Part shown: in pieces, positions 1 to 13,580 of the stretch
Numbering within the stretch: the stretch's first letter is position 1
Layout: each line of letters starts with the position of its first letter
Assembly (NCBI GenBank): GCA_951406725.2
Contig: OX597816.1
Span: 19,778,001 to 19,842,000 of the forward strand
DNA length: 64,000 bases
Source of the DNA: Octopus vulgaris
Lineage: Eukaryota
Direction: 5' to 3'
Made by a program: the position numbers and the translations under genes
The notes under the pieces: model-generated
What the model was told of the DNA's origin: nothing
What the model saw: the letters and a program-made list of their open reading frames with translations, nothing else
Database searches by the model: none

Positions 1-630
1 GGGATACAATTCAATTTTTAAACAATAACCAAAGCTCCTTCTCCCAAAAGGGGAGAGTTACGGTTTACAATTATTTAAAAAGTGCAACACAACAACATTT
101 CCCTTTCGAGGAACCAACAAACGTGAATACAATAGTTAAACAGTAATAATAATAACAACAAACCTTACGGTGAATCAAAAAGCAGTACGCAGTAGAAGCT
201 ATAGTTCTTTATGTATAAGAAATAAACCAACAGCAGTACTCAGTAGAAGCGGCTGTTCGAGAAAACAGACATTACATACAGCCAAAGGTCATATAGATAC
301 TTAATGCTAGCTAATTAGCAGATAATCTAATGTAAAAATCGTGGTAAAATGTATGTGCACAGCTCCATCTGGACTATTCCATTTCTGCACACTAATTTTA
401 TTTTAAATGTATTCCCATTCATGTGAAACCACTTATTCAAGTTCAAGTCATTGATGCAATTTTATACCAATTGCTATTTTTACCTTTGTTATGTTACGAT
501 TTAATTATCATATTATACTCTAGTCTGATTTTAATTATTACTTACTACATATAATTCAATTGTTATTATTATATCTAATTTATATTGTTAAAAGGAAGGT
601 ATCTGACATAAAATAGAGAAATGTTTTTTT

Positions 631-945
631 TATATTGCTATGGGCTCGCTCTAGGCAAGAAGTTGAACATTTGTTTTTTTGCCCATGAAACTACATGGAC
701 TCTAAGTAAGGCATGTGTAAAATTTGAATGAAATCGGTTGTGTAGTTCTCATGTTTTAGGGAATCATAATGGAGAAGATATGATATTGCTGTGGGCTCGC
801 CCTAAGCAAAAAGTTAAACTTTTTTGCCGAGAACACTCCCCGGGCACTAAGTAAGGCATGTGTAAAATTTGAATGAGATTGGTTGTGTAGTTCTCAAGTT
901 TTAGGGAAACACACAGACAGACACACATTCTTAGTTTTATATATA
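631..945 (+). mobile_element. Helentron/HINE-type non-autonomous element 3' part with ~150-bp internal tandem duplication
   Basis: Two copies of atattgct.tgggctcgc...taagtaaggcatgtgtaaaatttgaatga.at.ggttgtgtagttctca.gttttagggaa, followed by acagacagacaca...ttttatatata, the typical end of such elements. Confidence 0.55.
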
Positions 946-974
946 CATATATATATATATTATAATATATTAAA

Positions 975-1200
975 TTAGAGATAAAACCACAATTAGGCAA
1001 ATCAAACAATGAAAAATATAAGCCAATACATAAAATTAATTACTTTATATTATTTTAAATATATCAAAAGTATTAAAAGTTTAATAAAAGATAAAGAGTA
1101 AAACACTACGATCGTTTCATGGCTGTACAGTTCGTAATAATTCGAGTTATGGTTACAGTCAATCTTCAGGTTAATTCAAATTAGCGAGAGATTATCAATA
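975..1200 (-). mobile_element. Penelope pseudo-LTR-like repeat
   Basis: Carries a minimal hammerhead motif; a related partial copy lies at ~33820-33965 (aaaaccacta...gtcactcttcaggtta). Confidence 0.5.
1102..1176 (-). ncRNA. Minimal type I hammerhead ribozyme motif
   Basis: Minus strand: aattaac CTGAAGA t tgactgta..loop..tacagcca t GAAA cgatcg TA gtgttt. Intact core boxes, stem II with one mismatch, palindromic stem III (acgatcgt), GUA triplet; stem I weak. Confidence 0.6.
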
Positions 1201-1355
1201 CTGACAAACTACTTTATAAATTCTTTGTTCGTACTCGAGTCTCAAAAGATTGTTTAGATTGGGAGAAAAACTGCACGTACTCTTGTAGCGGTGTCCGAGG
1301 TTACAGCTCTTCACCATTCTATGATGTAATTCGTAGATGTTTACTTCTCTGTTCC

Positions 1356-1397
<42 letters not shown>

Positions 1398-1927
1398 GCG
1401 ATATTACACACATACATACACGTACACATATATATGTATGTATATATGTATGTATATATATATATGTGTGTGTTTGTGTATGTATGTGTGTGAATGTATT
1501 TATACACATATGTACATACATAAATACATATATATTTATATATACCAGATTAGGCGCATAAATACGAAACAAGGTGGAAAAATAGTACCCAGATACCGGA
1601 GGTAGAGTAATATGCTTCACCAAAAAGCATCAAAAATATCACAAAACTGTCGGATGAATTGTACATCTAAGTGAAAGAGTCACACCTCCTAAACAAAACT
1701 GTATTGACTCGTTCGAAGAATTACAGTGAGGTTACATTTTTTGTAAAATGTTTGGCATAATTCGCTATAATTCTGTCTATAAGCTAGTTTGTTTATTCAA
1801 GCAAGTGTATGAATGCGTGTGAGCATGCCTATGTGTGTTCGTGTGTGTGTATGCGCAGCTAAGACTAGTAAGATTGCTACTTTATGCATAGTGGCTGTTA
1901 CCTAAGTATATTTCAGTGTACTAAAAT

Positions 1928-2990
1928 CGTAAGTTCATGGCAAACCAATCATCCTGCGATAATATATTATCAATAACACCATCGAAATAATATGCGTAAA
2001 GATCTTATAAAGGTCTTAGTATTTCAAATTAATATACAAAGGAATCTCATTTATTTTAATGTATAGCTCACTACATAACATGCATTACATTGAATTATGT
2101 CCTCTCTAAAACAAGAAGCCTGACCTGATAACCTAGTTTCTTCTTAGCTAGATGGCATACAGACTCATCAAAGTTCACGAATTTCAATGCATAATATTTG
2201 TGGTTATCAAGAAATTTTTGCTTTAATCTTTGTCTTTTCTACTATATACAGTAAATTTAAGTATTGCAGTTTGATTAAAGGGAAAAATATATAATTCTCG
2301 TAAATGTCGTTTGTTCTTTTACAGGGTAGCTTAAAATAATAAAGAATCGGTATTTAATTTATTGATCTAGTATCGATGCAACACGAATTTCAACTAGGGT
2401 GAATCTGAATGCACTTGACGAAGAGTAGTAAATTACTGCGAGCTTATCATAAACAGATGCCTCGTTTCTCTCAAAAAATGTCAATAACCTTTCGATCCCC
2501 ATTCCTGCTCCACGTAAATGCCTCAAGTGCACTGTAGTTACACTATGGACCATTATAAGATAATAAATAAAAAAAGAAATAAACAAAAAAAAAACAGAGA
2601 ATGAATCTTTCTCGAAAATTGCTTCCGTCAAATCGGTCTTTTAAAAGTAAAGTTCTTGAAATGAAATATTTGTAATATTTTTATAATTTTATAAGTATTA
2701 AGAAAGTCATCGTTATATGTTAGATTCGTGCTTGAATGCTATCGAAAATAGATAAAGTCGAAATCTGAAGTGTTTGTATTGACAATAACTGTCCGAGACA
2801 AATGAACTGATTGAAGTCTACTCTCGCTAAATGTCGATAAAAATATGAAGAGGTAATTGTGGTCGGCCATTGAAATATTTGTAAGCTGGATAAATGGTAA
2901 TATCCGCTATTGTACTTTTTTATGATGACCGAAAAAAGAGAGGATGTGATAAATAATGTAGACAGTAATGAAGAGGAGGTTGTTAAGAGA
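1928..2990 (-). pseudogene. SACS: Inverted internal piece of sacsin-like copy A
   Basis: Minus-strand frame including ORF 2359..2631 reads ISFQELYF*KTDLTEAIFEKDSF...IERLLTFFERNEASV, resembling sacsin VSAGELFDPDIEVLKDLFCNEE...KAKTLLLVLNKNHTLL. It runs into the 1928-2158 duplicate of 3572-3802. Confidence 0.6.
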
Positions 2991-3052
2991 TGAAAACTGC
3001 TTCGGATTAAAAAAAAAAAATAAAAAACATCATAACTATATCAGTCTGTACC

Positions 3053-3057
<5 letters not shown>

Positions 3058-3127
<70 letters not shown>

Positions 3128-3292
3128 CTGTTTTATATATTTATATATATATATGCAGATATAGATTTATATATACATATGTATGTATATTAATATATAC
3201 GCATATATGTATATATGCATGTATATATATCTATCTATCTATATATATATGCATATATATATTTATATATATACATATATTATATACGTACT

Positions 3293-3368
<76 letters not shown>

Positions 3369-3395
3369 CATATACACCCACTCATATATACATAT
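3058..3395. repeat. Compound (TA)n/(GA)n microsatellite
   Basis: Seen directly. Confidence 0.95.
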
Positions 3396-6046
3396 AAAAG
3401 TATTACGTGATTAGTAAGTAAAATTTGTTTGAAGCGCCATAGTTTCAGTTCAAGTTTTGTGGGCAGATATGAAACCCTCCGCCCCCCAAAAAAAAATTTG
3501 AGTCCCTGAAAAACAAAGTCAATTCAGCCTGGAACGTTCAATTGCTACTGAAGTAAATGAAATGTTGACACATGCCATCTAGCTAAGAAGAAACTAAGTT
3601 ATCAGGTTAGGCTCCTTGTTTTAGAGAGGAAATAATTCAATGTAATGCATGTTATGTAGTGAGCTATACATTAAAATAAATGAGATTCCTTTGTATATTA
3701 ATTTGAAATACTAAGACCTTTATAAGATCTTTACGCATATTATTTCGATGGTGTTATTGATAATATATTATCGCAGGATGATTGGTTTGCCATGAACTTA
3801 CGGAACGGGAGACAAAGATACTGAAATAGGTTTTAAGGTTTAGGCCATGTTTTGGTAAATATATGTACTGAATTTTTTATAGCAGTAGTGAAATTATAAT
3901 AGCAAGGCTTAACTAGACATTGCATGAATATTGGTCTAATAAAGGGCGGAAATCGCAACCAATAGCTAGTAAATATTAAATAGTGAATTTAAAAAAATAA
4001 TGAATGCGTAAAATATTAAAAATGTGTAAAAGATGTATGTGTAAACGATTACAACCTGGTAAACGAATATTTAATTATTTCGCTGATAAAAGTTTTAATA
4101 GTGAAAGATCAAAAAGAAGTGAGAAAATGAATTGAAAACTATAATATACATTGGGAAACATATTAAATGAAAGTAAAAATACAGAGTAAACTTTGTACGT
4201 TAGAATGGTATGAAAAATACGTGGAGAGAATAAAATACAACATAACTATTATCGTAAGATTATAATTAATCTGAAAAATGCTCGCTAACAGTTTTCCAAT
4301 TTTACTTAATGAAATTCTGATTTCCATATTTTAGACATACTAAATTTGACTGCTAATGAGGAATTACTTAAAATCATGGGCTTACTCTAAAAACGCGTGA
4401 CTAGAATTTTGATTGCATGGAGTAATCTAATTCTTAGTGAGTAAACTGAATATATTTTCAAATGAGGACGGTTGATTTGATGGCACCTGTGAAGATGTTA
4501 GCGGACCTAACGATTGTTATCGTAATAGTGATTAACAGAATGCAGATGAAAACGGTGTACATGCTCACAAATTTTAATGCCACCTGACATCTGGAAAACT
4601 ATAATGATGAGAGTAATGATAATTAATTTAACAGGTATATGTGCATGTATTGAATAATGAAAGTGGATATTAGCCAAACGTGTGAATGAGTGCAATTCAG
4701 TTGCTATAAAGTGCAATTATTGATTTAATGAAATTAATATCCCATAATCTTTTACATTGTTTAGGATATTGGCGATAAAATCCTATTTCATACAACTTTG
4801 AAGTGAAAGCGGTTCATCATCAGTGAACGAATGCTTAGCGTTAAATTCTAAGCATTAAATAACGACTAAATATAAAGTGATTTAGTTAAAAGTGTAAAGT
4901 ATCTAACGTTAATGTAATATTTTGAAAATAAAAACATTTAAGGAGTTTAAAACCTCCTACACTATTTTTCTTTTCAAATATTAATCTAAATTGGACGAAT
5001 GCAAAGGAAACAAAACGCATTAAGTATAACAGTCTCTATATGATATATCACCCATCTGTTGTCGAGATACTTGTATAGATTTATAGGAGTGAGAAGAGGA
5101 TTAAACCGCCTAGTTAATTGTCGCAATATTACAAAAACTTAAATTTACTAAGTACAATGAATTGTTTTCGAATATTTGGCCTCAACAGCTTAATTCATAA
5201 AGAAGACAAGGCTAAGAAGTGTTAGTTTGCTTTGTACTTATATTCTCAAGGCATAATCTGGCATCCAGATATAAAGAAATGCTTATAATGTGCATCGAAT
5301 TGTTGTCACAGTGGTCGTTTATTAGAGATTTATGGAGCTGAAAATATATATTCAAATATCTAGGTTTGTCTATGAGCACGTGTTTATTTTCACCTGCCAT
5401 TTTATGTTGATGCCTTGTTTAGGAGACGAAGAGCCTTAGTATCAGACATCAAATATTGTAGTAACCTGAGATTTTTACTCCAATGAAACTTAAGAACACT
5501 TGTTTAATTAAAAATTTGTTGCTTTAGGAATAGAATAATAAGAATAATACTATGCAAGGAACTGCAACAAAATGTAAACAGCAATGTATACTTAATTTTT
5601 ATACAGTCTTCTTAAAATCAGTATATTAATTAAATAATTTAGAATTAGTGCGTTCCAAATTTTATGCTACGACACTAATTTTCATCTTCGAAATTGCAAA
5701 ACTCGATTCCATTTTTCGCTTTAAATCATTAGTTCCCAATCAATCTTACTCTCTTACACGGTTTCAACTAAAATATATGATGAGTTACATGTTATCATTT
5801 CAATATTTTTCTCTTAAATACAAAGATGCGTGCTTGTAAACATAATTAATGAACATGTGGTTTGTTCCAATATTAATAGTTTTAGTCATACATTCAGATA
5901 TAAAGATACCAAAGCCACACCAGGATACACAAATGTCGATTAAAACAGTACATTATGCAGGAACAGATGTTGAAGAAAGACATCTTATAAAATTATTGAA
6001 GTAAGATACTTAGATAAAGAGTCAGGAAATTTGTTTTAAGAACATA

Positions 6047-6180
6047 CGAGGGGGTGTATGAAAAGTTTTGATCCTTCAAGGCATTTGAGCCTAGAAGTAT
6101 TGAACATTCATCATCACACGTCTTGTACCATGTATTTTTGTTTTGTTTTTTGAGGTTCAAGACTTTTCATACAGCTCTCG
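6047..6180. mobile_element. Tc1/mariner-type MITE
   Basis: TA-CGAGGGGGTGTATGAAAAGTTTTGA ... TCAAGACTTTTCATACAGCTCTCG-TA: ~25-bp TIRs with TA TSD. Confidence 0.8.
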
Positions 6181-6310
6181 TACATGATTCTCTTTTCTTA
6201 GTCAAAAAACAAAACGAATCCAGCTATGCTGATCAGGTTTGAAATCATTTCACATATACGTATGTGGCTGCACGTGTATGCGTGTGTATATGCATTCGTA
6301 TATATATTCA

Positions 6311-6667
6311 TACTAGCAGTATCGCCCGGCGTTGCTCAGGTTTGTAAGGGAAATAACTATAAAGCATTTTTAGAGAGTTATAGCCAAAAAACAGCAAAAA
6401 AATGGAAAAAAATGATGGTAAATTTTTTTTTAGACAGTTTGCGGTTTGTGTTTCTGATTCTCGACCCCATGTCGAATTTATCGATTTTTTTCAGAACTGG
6501 GGGAACTTTTCAAAATTTTCGCTGCGTTAGTTTTGAATTATGACATTGCGCTATGTGTGTGTCAAGTTTCATCAGAATCGGTTGAAAGCCGTGGTCAGTG
6601 TGAGGGTACAAGCAAACAGACACACAGAAACACGCACAGACAAACTGCCGTTTATATAGAGAGAGAT
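6311..6667 (+). mobile_element. Helentron/HINE (DINE-1/Lep1-like) non-autonomous element
   Basis: Starts TACTAGC..GCCCGGCGTTGCTCAGG hairpin; ends aagtttcatcagaatcgg...acagacaaac...tttatatagagagagat; 3' half nearly identical to 40488-40696. Confidence 0.7.
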
Positions 6668-8764
6668 TTTAGGTGCCATCATGATTCTCAAAATTAATAT
6701 TATAATTACTTTCATGGTAATTCTATCCACAGTTTTTTTTCCGTTATTTCATCAAGTATGTCACTACTTTTGCACTCTTCTTAATTTAAACAGACATTAT
6801 GACGCTCAACTTGTGAGCCATCATTGTTTTTGTCAAGTTGCTATTGTAGCTAGCCTCTATTTGCAACACTAGTATGCAGCATGTATTTTTCCGTATAATC
6901 TAATAATGAGTTAGATTATCTAACTTCTGCATTTTCGGCTATATATTCAGCAAATTTTCTTATATTGACATTTACAATGTATGCAACTATCATACACTAT
7001 TTAATTCTTTACTTTAATTTGTATTTCTTAGATAAAAAAACATTTTCATAACGTCAGCATATTCTTCCGTGTGCATTCATAGATTACTCTACATTGAATA
7101 GAGATTTTTTAATACATAGCTCAGTCATTATGTCTCATTTCTTATATAATTTTCGTAGATATTTTAAGATATAATTTTAATACGTATCTTTCCGGTATTA
7201 TGTAACATTTAGCTATTTTCTGGAACACTCTCTTCAGTTCGTTCATGAAATAAAAATTTCAACTTTTATGTCAGATCACATGGTGATTTTAAAAGCCTGT
7301 GTGACGTAGAATTTGGGGATTTTTATAAGGAACTGAACATTTTAATTGCTCTAGTAAATTATGAGAATTTCTCCGGCAATCTGAAAGAATACGCGGGTTT
7401 TAAACAGAGAACCTTAACTGTGTATCAGCGGAAAATTGTGACGTAGAAAATATAATCTATAACACAGGACAGTATTTTCCAGCCACAAGGATTCCTCTCT
7501 TGATGAATACGTTTCAGCGTTACATACCAACCATAACATATGTTGCACAGAACGAATCAAAATGACACATCCCCAAATTCTATTCAGTTTTCTAAAATAT
7601 TTTCGTCCCTATCGTCTCAATAAAACTATTGTTAACCTTAATCTGGGCTATTGGATAGTTATTGTTATTTTTAGTTTGGCTATCAAAGATATAATCAATT
7701 TATTGAAGTTTACTTTTTAAGAAAACACTAAAGACATATATGCATATATATATATATATATATATATATCATGATTGACCGCTGGCCACTCAGGTTTTTT
7801 TTAGGCACTCTCTGTTTCTTTTCTGGTGTTCCTTTCTATATATATATATGCGTGTGTGTGTGTGTATATATATATATATCTATATATATATATACATATA
7901 GATACATAGAGGGAGAGATAGAGAGAGCATGTTTGTGTGAGATAAAGAGAGAAAGTGGTACAGAATGTAGGAGCAGGTGTCGCTGTATGGTTAAAGAGAT
8001 CAATTTTTAACCACATGATTTTGAGTTGCACACTGGTCAAGAATCCTAAAGTTCATATGTACAGGAAACAAAACACAAATACAGATGAGAGAACAACAGG
8101 GGAGTGTGTTAGTTTGACGTCCGGGAAGAATGGAAAAGTCTTTGACGTTACGAACCCACGCCCTTCAACTATAACACTAAGATTACCAATCACTTTTCAG
8201 TGAACTTGATAGATGAAATCTCTGTAGAAGTCCATCCTACATATATGTGTCTGTGTCTTTCTCTCTGACGTAATTCTGCGTAGCTTTACAATCGGTGTTT
8301 TCTTTTTCACGTTTCTGTAATCTAACAGTTCGGCTAAAGAAATGATAAAATAAGTACCGCACTTAGGGAAAAGAAAGGAGGAATATTGAGGTCAAACGAT
8401 TGAAAGTTAAAACGTACATGTATAGCGGAGTGGATTATATCATCAAGGAGTTCAGTGGTAAATGTTATGTAGAATTCCAGCCCAGTAAATGAAAGTAGGA
8501 ATAAGTAAATACGTTTCTTGTATACATACAAAATATCAAATGAATCTTAATTTAATGCATTTGATTTTCTTTTCTCATCCAAGACAAGGATGGCTATTGT
8601 CTGTTCGCAGGATAATGCAGACGTTATGTAAGAATGTTTCTAATTTGAAAGTATGTTTGTTCTTCATACATCGCCTTTGATGACTAAGTCATCTTCTCCT
8701 AAATATTGAAACCTAAGTAAATTGTGTCTGCTTAATGTATTCGCATTCGAAAGAGTTACTATTG

Positions 8765-8789
8765 TAATTATTATTATTATTATTATTAA

Positions 8790-8845
<56 letters not shown>
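8765..8845. repeat. (ATT)n microsatellite
   Basis: Seen directly. Confidence 0.95.
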
Positions 8846-8847
<2 letters not shown>

Positions 8848-9524
8848 TTTATAAGTTTTAATAATAGAAAATTCTAAATCTGTTCTAGTATTATTGACCA
8901 AAGTCCGTGAACTTTTGCAAATCTCCTGATAAAGCTGATCCATCATTTTGCTTCTCAAAGAACCCAATCAATATTTCGGGTATTCAAAGAGATACAACAG
9001 CGTCTTTAATAAACAAGTATTTTAAATCGCAGACTGATAAATTTGTTATGTAGACGTAACGTGCGTGGTTTTATAATTTATAATTTAAATACAATCGGTT
9101 AACGCACATAATAATAGCCATTTCATGAGAGTGAAACAGGAAATTATTCCAGACGTTTCAAATTAATTGGATCTTTTGTTTTAAGATCTTATATGCAATA
9201 AGCAGGCGCCTTTAAATACACAAGCAAAATATATTTACCCAAAAAGACAGCATTGGAGTTAATTGCTTGACCTGTCTTCATAAGACAAATTCGTAAATAC
9301 TTTGCTCTCAGACATACCAAAATATTCTTAATCTGGTTTATTCACTTCGATGCTTAATCACGTCAGGACATGCGCAAGCAAAACATATTCTCATACAGTT
9401 CAACAAACTCGAAGCTAATTTCAGTGATATTCGTCATTTGAATGTTCTCAGTTTGACACGTTAGCAGAAGCCTCGTCTAACGTATTCTTATGTATCTCTA
9501 TATGTTTGCTTTCTCTTTCTCTTT

Positions 9525-9920
9525 TTTCTCTTTTTTCTTGCTTCAGTCATTGTGACTGTGGCCATGCTGGAGCACCGCCTTTAATCGAGCAACTCGACCC
9601 CGGGACTTATTCTTTGTAAGCCCAGTACTTATTCTATCGTTCTCTTTTGCCGAACCACCAAGTTACGAGGACGTAAACACACCAAAATCGACTGTCAAGC
9701 AATGCTAGGGGGACAAACACAGACGCACAAACATACACGCACATACATATATATACATATATACGACGAGCTTCTTTCAGTTTCCGTCTACCAAATCCAC
9801 TCACAAGGCTTTGGTCGGCCTGAGGCTATAATAGAAGACACTTACCCAAGGTGCCACGCAGTGGGACTGAACCCGGAACCATGTGGTTCGTAAACAAGCT
9901 ACTTACCATACAGCCTGCGC
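9525..9920 (-). mobile_element. tRNA-derived SINE, family 2
   Basis: Reverse complement of 31636-32030; internal (TA)/(TG) tract. Confidence 0.85.
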
Positions 9921-11180
9921 TTTGTATAAATAAACTAACATATATGTGAGTGTGTGTGTATGTGTGTGTGCGTAGAAAGATGTACATGTGTAGGAGAGAA
10001 CATGGAAACTTAATTCACGCAGGCATTAGGGTAGGGTTGGGGTGTTCTATGGAAATTCGCATCAATGCACTCTTTGACAGTTTGCTAGAAGGCAGATTGT
10101 TTGTAGCTGATAACATGGATGTGATAATTACTGATGTGTATCATCAAATCTCTCTTTACCATTTGTCATATAATGCTGTACAACTTATTATATTTGTGCT
10201 ATGTGTTATTGTTGTTAAATAATAATTATCAAATTCTCAGGTAAGTTTCTTGGTTACACGCAGGCATTCAAAAAGGGTGAAGGAGCTGGCAGGCAGCAAA
10301 GAAGGAAGATATCAAATGTTATCAAGTACAGAACTCTTTATAAAGCTATACGAGGTGAATCCTTTCATTTTAAAACCTTTATCGTTTACCTTAATAAATC
10401 TCTTTAAATTTTTGTTCTGAGAGTCATTACAATATACTTGAGAATTACTTTACTACATGGGTCTCTAACCTGGACTTATAATATGAATGATGTTACTTTC
10501 ACTTTAATTCCTGTTAATGGTATTATCATTTATGTGCCCACATGAGCATTTATACTCTATCAGAACAAACTATACTGTGGTAGATACTATGCAAAAATCT
10601 CTCATATTGGCCTTTGGTGCAAATTGCGCTCTTATTTTATATCGCGATAAGCCAATATGACGATTCGTCTTCCGGTATGTACCGTAGTAGAGTTTGTGCA
10701 GGCAAAACACCCACATTTAAGTGGGCATAATAGTACATATCGATATTAATTCTGCCTCTGTTGCTAACATATACTAGGTATTGTCATTCTTACTATTCCT
10801 GTTGTTATTAATGTCATTGTTAAGGTTGCTAGCCTGACATCTGGAATTGATGTCGTTGGAGAGTTTCATGATGAAGCCGTCTTGCCTATATGACTTTGAG
10901 GTTGCACCTAGTTTTCTCACCGTCCATCCTCTCCTCTCGCTGGGAATGGTGGGAGTATGTTACTGTGTGTTAGAGTGTGTATGTGTTTCTTCCCACTTAG
11001 ATATGAAAAGAAGTGGCCTGAAACCTCTGTACTTATTTCCTTCCAAATACAAAGCAATAACAATGTGGAAAATAATATCCTCAAGGCCATCCTTATATTT
11101 TATGAAACACAATAGGACCGTAAGTATGTCTGGAATAAAGCCTGCTATATGTGGCTTTCTGTTTCTCAGTATTTATTTTA

Positions 11181-11575
11181 CGTTAGCACGCCGGACGAAA
11201 TGGTTAGCGGTATTTGTCCGCCGCTACCTTCTGAGATCAAATTCCGCCGAGGTCGACTTTGCCTTTCATCCTTTCGGGGTCGATTAAATAAGTACCAGTT
11301 ACGCACTGGGGTCGATATAATCGACTTAATCCGTTTATATGTCCTTGTTTGTCCTTTCTGTGTAAACACAGTGGGTAGTAAAGGAATAGGTATTTCGTCT
11401 GCCGTTACGTTCTGAGTTCAACTTCCACCGAGATCGACTTTACCTTTCATCCTTTCGCGGTTTATAAATTAAGTACAGGCTACGCACTGGAGTCGATGTA
11501 ATCGATTTAATTCCTTTGTCTGTCCCTGTTTTTCCCCTCTATGTTTAGCCCCTTCTGAGCAAAAAGAAATAAGAA
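11181..11575 (+). mobile_element. SINE family 1 dimer (tRNA head + Meta/MESC-like core)
   Basis: Two gtcgacttt.cctttcatcctttcg.gg cores in tandem. Confidence 0.85.
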
Positions 11576-11839
11576 ATCATTTTACGTAGCCGATATCAAA
11601 AGAGGAATTTAAATAACTCTTACATATGTACAAGTTTGTTCATTTGTGGGGACAGGGCTTGTAGGTTACATTGCTCCCAGTGTTTAACTGCTGCTTATTA
11701 CATCAACCTGGAAAGAAGGAAATACAATATCGACATCATCAGAATTTGGACCCAAGTTTTTCAGCGCTACTATAACTAAAACATCAACAAGAAAAACATC
11801 AACAATCATAAAACTAATAGTGACAATAATGATAACAAT

Positions 11840-12320
11840 ATATTTCTTTATTGGCCTCACAGGGCTGCTCACAGACGGGGCAGATTACAAAGTAGAGCTT
11901 TTCTTTTTGGGAAGAAAAGAAAAAAAAATGAAAAAAATGTGGGGCGTGTATTCGATCAAATGGGACCGTAAAAGGGAAAGAAAAAAAGAAAAAGAAAAAA
12001 GAAAAAAAGGAAAAAGAAAAATAACGATCAATAGGGATTGTGTATCACAGAAATGTTATGATGTAAAGTGTAAAGGGGGAAGCAGATAAGTTTATCCGTG
12101 GAAAGAAAAGCCTACGGAAAAGACCACGATGACCTCGGTCAATAATGTCACATGTTAACACATTTGTTTGCAAGTAGGTAAAACTCTGTTTTAAATTTTT
12201 CCGTGTTCATAGGATTATGCTCAAGGTGGCATCGTCATTCATACGTACCATCCTTACTACATTCACCCATCTTTTTTTGAAACATTCACTAGACAAAACT
12301 TGCCTCTCTACTCTCATTAC
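11840..12320 (-). mobile_element. Non-LTR (Tx1/L1-like) 3' fragment
   Basis: Minus frame VERGKFCLVNVSKKRWVNVVRMVRMNDDATLSIIL*, followed by a T-rich UTR and aataaagaaata end. Confidence 0.4.
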
Positions 12321-13019
12321 ATCGACTCGTGCTCAACCACTATGCATTTCAACTCCGAAAAGATAACACGGAAGGTCGACTATTGTTGTATTTGACCTAT
12401 GAACGTGAAAATGATGTTTATGTTGCTGATAGCGGTACGACCTGAAGAGCGCTCATATTATAACCAGGATGCTGCTGCGAACAATATATATTTGTTTATA
12501 AACCTTCCTATATACAGAACGTCGTAGATCTATGCTTACATGCAGTTAATGAGACAATCAAAGAGAACAGCAAGAAACCATATTTTCCCGCTATTATTCA
12601 GTTTACATTCTTGTCCATTATCAACAATTCTTGTACAATTTCTGTCATATTTGATGTTTTAGCATATTTCCTGTGATTTTCTTGTTTACTATTTTTTACA
12701 GGACGAAGATTATCATTTGACATTGTAAGGTTCCTTGCTAGTAAGCCTAATCGTTAGAAGTGCTTCTCTCTAACTACCTATTTATTTGACTATCTCTACA
12801 CACATGTATATCATGCATTTATGCATATATATATATATATATATATAGGCATATATATATAGGCATATATACAAGTATATATGCATATATATGCTTATAT
12901 TCATATGCATATGTATCTATCTAGCTATCTGTCTCCCACTCCCTCTACCTCTCTCCCTCTTGATATAATATAGGATAAAAATTCTTTCAGAAAAAAATTT
13001 CATCAAAAGTGCCAGGTAT

Positions 13020-13167
13020 ATATGTGTATGTATGTATGTATATATATATATATATATATATAACAAAGTGGAGTTATATATACATACATATACATACATA
13101 CATACATACATACATACATACATACATACATACATACATACATACATACATGCATACATACATACAT
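13020..13167. repeat. (TA)n/(TACA)n microsatellite
   Basis: Seen directly. Confidence 0.95.
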
Positions 13168-13239
13168 AACGAATATGTATGGGCAAAAAGTTTGTTTTAC
13201 AATTTCGTGTTCAGTTTTGCTGCGTGTGGACATGAGCAA

Positions 13240-13324
13240 ATGTTTTCAACTATAGTCTCTTGCCGACTAAAGACTTATGAGTGGATCTGGTAGACGGAAA
13301 CCGAAAGAATTCTATCATGTGTGC

Positions 13325-13362
<38 letters not shown>

Positions 13363-13580
13363 GAGAGAGGGGAGAGATACCTTGTGTTTATCCCGCACCA
13401 CCACTCGACAACCGGTACTGTTGTGTTTATTTCTTTGCAGGTTAGTGGTTCTAGAAAAAAAAAAACACCCATAGAGAAGTAATAGGTAGTAAAATGAACA
13501 TAAGTCCTAGGAGCGATTTCTTTGGGTAAAATACAAGATGGTGCTGCAGCATGGTCGTTGTCTAATGACTGAAACAAGTG
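13240..13580 (+). mobile_element. SINE family 2, 5'-truncated and diverged
   Basis: gagtggatctggtagacggaaac...cagcatggtcg...aatgactgaaacaag. Confidence 0.7.

Larger units (their letters stand above)
1928..3802. repeat. 231-bp inverted repeat pair (1928-2158 / 3572-3802)
   Basis: Direct comparison: outer ~165 bp identical, 4 mismatches in the inner ~65 bp. Confidence 0.95.
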
